DNA from: Eledone cirrhosa | Taxonomy: Eukaryota | Reading direction: 5' to 3' | Length of the DNA stretch: 64,000 bases | Assembly (NCBI GenBank): GCA_964016885.1 | Contig: OZ024744.1 | Location: 29,636,001-29,700,000, forward strand | Part shown: one piece after another, positions 59,003 to 64,000 of the stretch | Numbering within the stretch: the first letter of the stretch is position 1 | Layout of the letters: each line of letters starts with the position of its first letter | Translations under genes and position numbers: made by a program | Notes under the pieces: model-generated | The model's database searches: none | Seen by the model: the letters and a program-made list of their open reading frames with translations, nothing else | Told to the model about the DNA's origin: nothing

Positions 59003-59041
<39 letters not shown>

Positions 59042-59042
59042 A

Positions 59043-59113
<71 letters not shown>

Positions 59114-59199
59114 CATATATATACATATATATATATATACATATATGTATATATATATATATATACATATATATACATATAAATATATATACATATATG

Positions 59200-59257
<58 letters not shown>

Positions 59258-59305
59258 CACATATATATATATATATACATATATTTATATATATATATAT
59301 ATATA

Positions 59306-60409
59306 AACTCTTTTACTCTTTTACTCTTTTACCTGTTTCAGCCATCCGGCTGAGGCCATGCTGGGGCACCGCCCTTGTTGCTACATATTTTATCTCCAGC
59401 CTGTATAGGTTGGCCACTGGTGTAGGAGGGAGTTTGTTGCTGCTGCCCTTAGGTTTCCCTCGTGTCTTGCTGTGGGCTCATCCGGGATCCTGGATAACAA
59501 GGTGTCGAGATGTTTCTTAAAGACATCCACCTCCACGTCATGCAAGTCTCGCAGATGCCTCGGCAGCCTGTTGAAGAGTTGAGGGCCCTTGAATCCCAGG
59601 CTATTGCAATACCTGCTCCTTATTCTAGATGTGGAAGACGGGACCTTTGGCACCACACAGTGACGTCCTGTTCGACGGTTGGTCCAGCTCCCAATGCCAA
59701 AGTTTGGTGCTAGTCCCTCCAGGATTTTCCACATGTAGATCACTGCGTATCTCTCCCGTCTTCGCTCCAAGGAGTAGAGGTTCAGTTCCTTCAGCCTCTC
59801 CCAGTAGCTTGTCTCCCTCATCTTGGCAATCCTCTTGGTGTAGCTTCGCTGGATTGCCTCAAGCTCTGTGGTTAGTTTGACACTATGGGGTGACCACAGC
59901 TGGGAGCAGTAGTCCAGGCGGCTTAGGACAAAAGTCCTCCACAGTGTCAACATGGTGTCTCGATCTCTTGTAAGGAAAGTCCTCAAGATCCAGCCAGCGA
60001 ATCGTCTACATGCTGTCGCCACCTTCATGATGTGTGAAGAAAAAGATGCATCATCGCTCATGTCTATGCCCAGGTCTCGTATCGATTTTGACACGGGGAT
60101 ATCGGTCCCTCCTGGTCCTGTGTAGCTGTGTTCCGCTATATTTGTGTTTGTGTTTGCAGGTTTGTATTGTAGGGCTTGGAATTTGCCAGCATTAAACTGC
60201 ATGTTGTTTTCTTCCGCCCATCTGTATATGGCATCCAGATCCTGCTGTAAGAGGGCAGCGTCAGCCGGGTTTTTGATTGCCTGTGCTACCTTAGTGTCAT
60301 CAGCATAGCTATTAAGGGATGTTGTTGCATGCACCACAGAGGGCATGTCCGAGAGAGCCACCAAAAACAGTAGTAGTCCCAGGACTGTCCCCTGAGGCAC
60401 CCCACTTGT

Positions 60410-60410
<1 letters not shown>
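59306..60410 (-). mobile_element. CR1-group LINE, 5'-truncated, open RT C-terminal half
   Basis: [50 protein letters not shown]; tail (GTAAAAGA)3. The N-terminal YI part of the listed ORF is microsatellite. Confidence 0.92.
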
Positions 60411-60441
<31 letters not shown>

Positions 60442-60547
60442 CATATATGTATATATATATATACATATATGTATATATATATATATATATATATACATAT
60501 ATGTATATATATATATATACATATATGTATATATATATATATATACA

Positions 60548-60587
<40 letters not shown>

Positions 60588-60593
60588 TGTATA

Positions 60594-60627
<34 letters not shown>

Positions 60628-60732
60628 CATATATATACATATATATATATATACATATATGTATATATATATATATACATATATATACATATATATATAT
60701 ACATATATGTATATATATATATATATACATAT

Positions 60733-62637
<1,905 letters not shown>

Positions 62638-63526
62638 AGTATTGAAATTTCCGTTGGAAACAGAAAAGGTCATAGAAGTGAAGAGTGCTCTATGTAAGTA
62701 TCAGAGCAAAATTTAATGTATAAAAATCAATACAATATAATTACCTCATTACCAGAGGTTTCCCGAATGAGGCGAATACGAAAGAAACGTCTTCATTCGT
62801 TCGTCAGACGAGGCAATATAAAAAACATGGGTAAATACTTGGAAAGTCTCGTCAAGAAAATCAAAAAAAAGATATAGACAAATGAATTAGAATATGAAAT
62901 ATATAATAATCTTTCAAGAAATATAGTTAGGTGTGTGTATATGTATGTATATACGCTCACAGATGTGCATATATGTGTATGCACATATGTATACGTATAG
63001 TGAAAAAGTGTGCGTAAATATAAAATTTAGGGCAAATGTATCTGTATGTCTGTAATCTACAGACAGAATAGATACATCATAAGAATATGAAGGCACGCGC
63101 ATAAACACACCTACACACACATACACTTAGATGCGGAAGTAAAAGAGGTAAGGGAGTGTATTAATTAAAGGAAAGTATCAATCTCGATATATTTATAAAA
63201 ATGGAACAATAATTTAGAAAGAAAAAATTTAGAAAGAAAAGATTAAAGAAAAGAAGACAAAAAAGGGTACATACATACACAGACACGCATATCTCACAAA
63301 AGAAACGCAAAAATATACATGCTTATATACACACGCACACTTACACATCCATACGTTCGATACGTACATACACACACACACACACACATACTTACATTCA
63401 CGCATATTGGCCTGTTTGCATGCACACGCATACAAATGAGTAAGTAAAAAAGGGTCGAGAAGAAAAAAGGAACAAAACATAAAACCTAGATGTCAAAACA
63501 CGGATATAAAGACACATACACATACG

Positions 63527-63925
<399 letters not shown>

Positions 63926-64000
63926 TATATATATATATATACATACATACACGCACGCGCGCGCACATACGTAGTCGCTCATGTACATATATAGAAAGTA

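Noticed and set aside
62638-62699. Short open stretch [17 protein letters not shown] followed by GTAAGT
   Set aside because: No polypyrimidine acceptor, too short, no recognisable homology.

Overview
This is repeat-saturated eukaryotic DNA with no recognisable host protein-coding gene. The tRNA-derived SINEs and dense (TA)n/(CA)n tracts suggest a cephalopod, probably an octopod (inference). Most long ORFs in the track are microsatellite translations. Real coding content is transposon-derived: a near full-length decayed L1/Tx1-type LINE (1-4920) plus a 3' fragment, two Penelope-like elements (PLEs; RT + C-terminal GIY-YIG) at 32721-38612 and ~51458-54900, and RTE, CR1-group and CRE-like fragments. 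There are also many SINEs, two hAT MITEs with 8-bp TSDs and a non-autonomous Helitron. The striking signal is non-coding. Reading by eye finds about 30 type I hammerhead-ribozyme (HHR)-like motifs in about 16 sequence families. They sit in PLE pseudo-LTRs, in two ~467-bp tandem retrozyme-like arrays, and in many short tail-out palindromes inserted in (TA)n. Several families carry non-canonical cores: U3:A8 in two unrelated families, U4C or U4A, mismatched 10.1-11.1 pairs, and a 116-nt stem II. All folds were assigned manually, and cleavage activity is untested.
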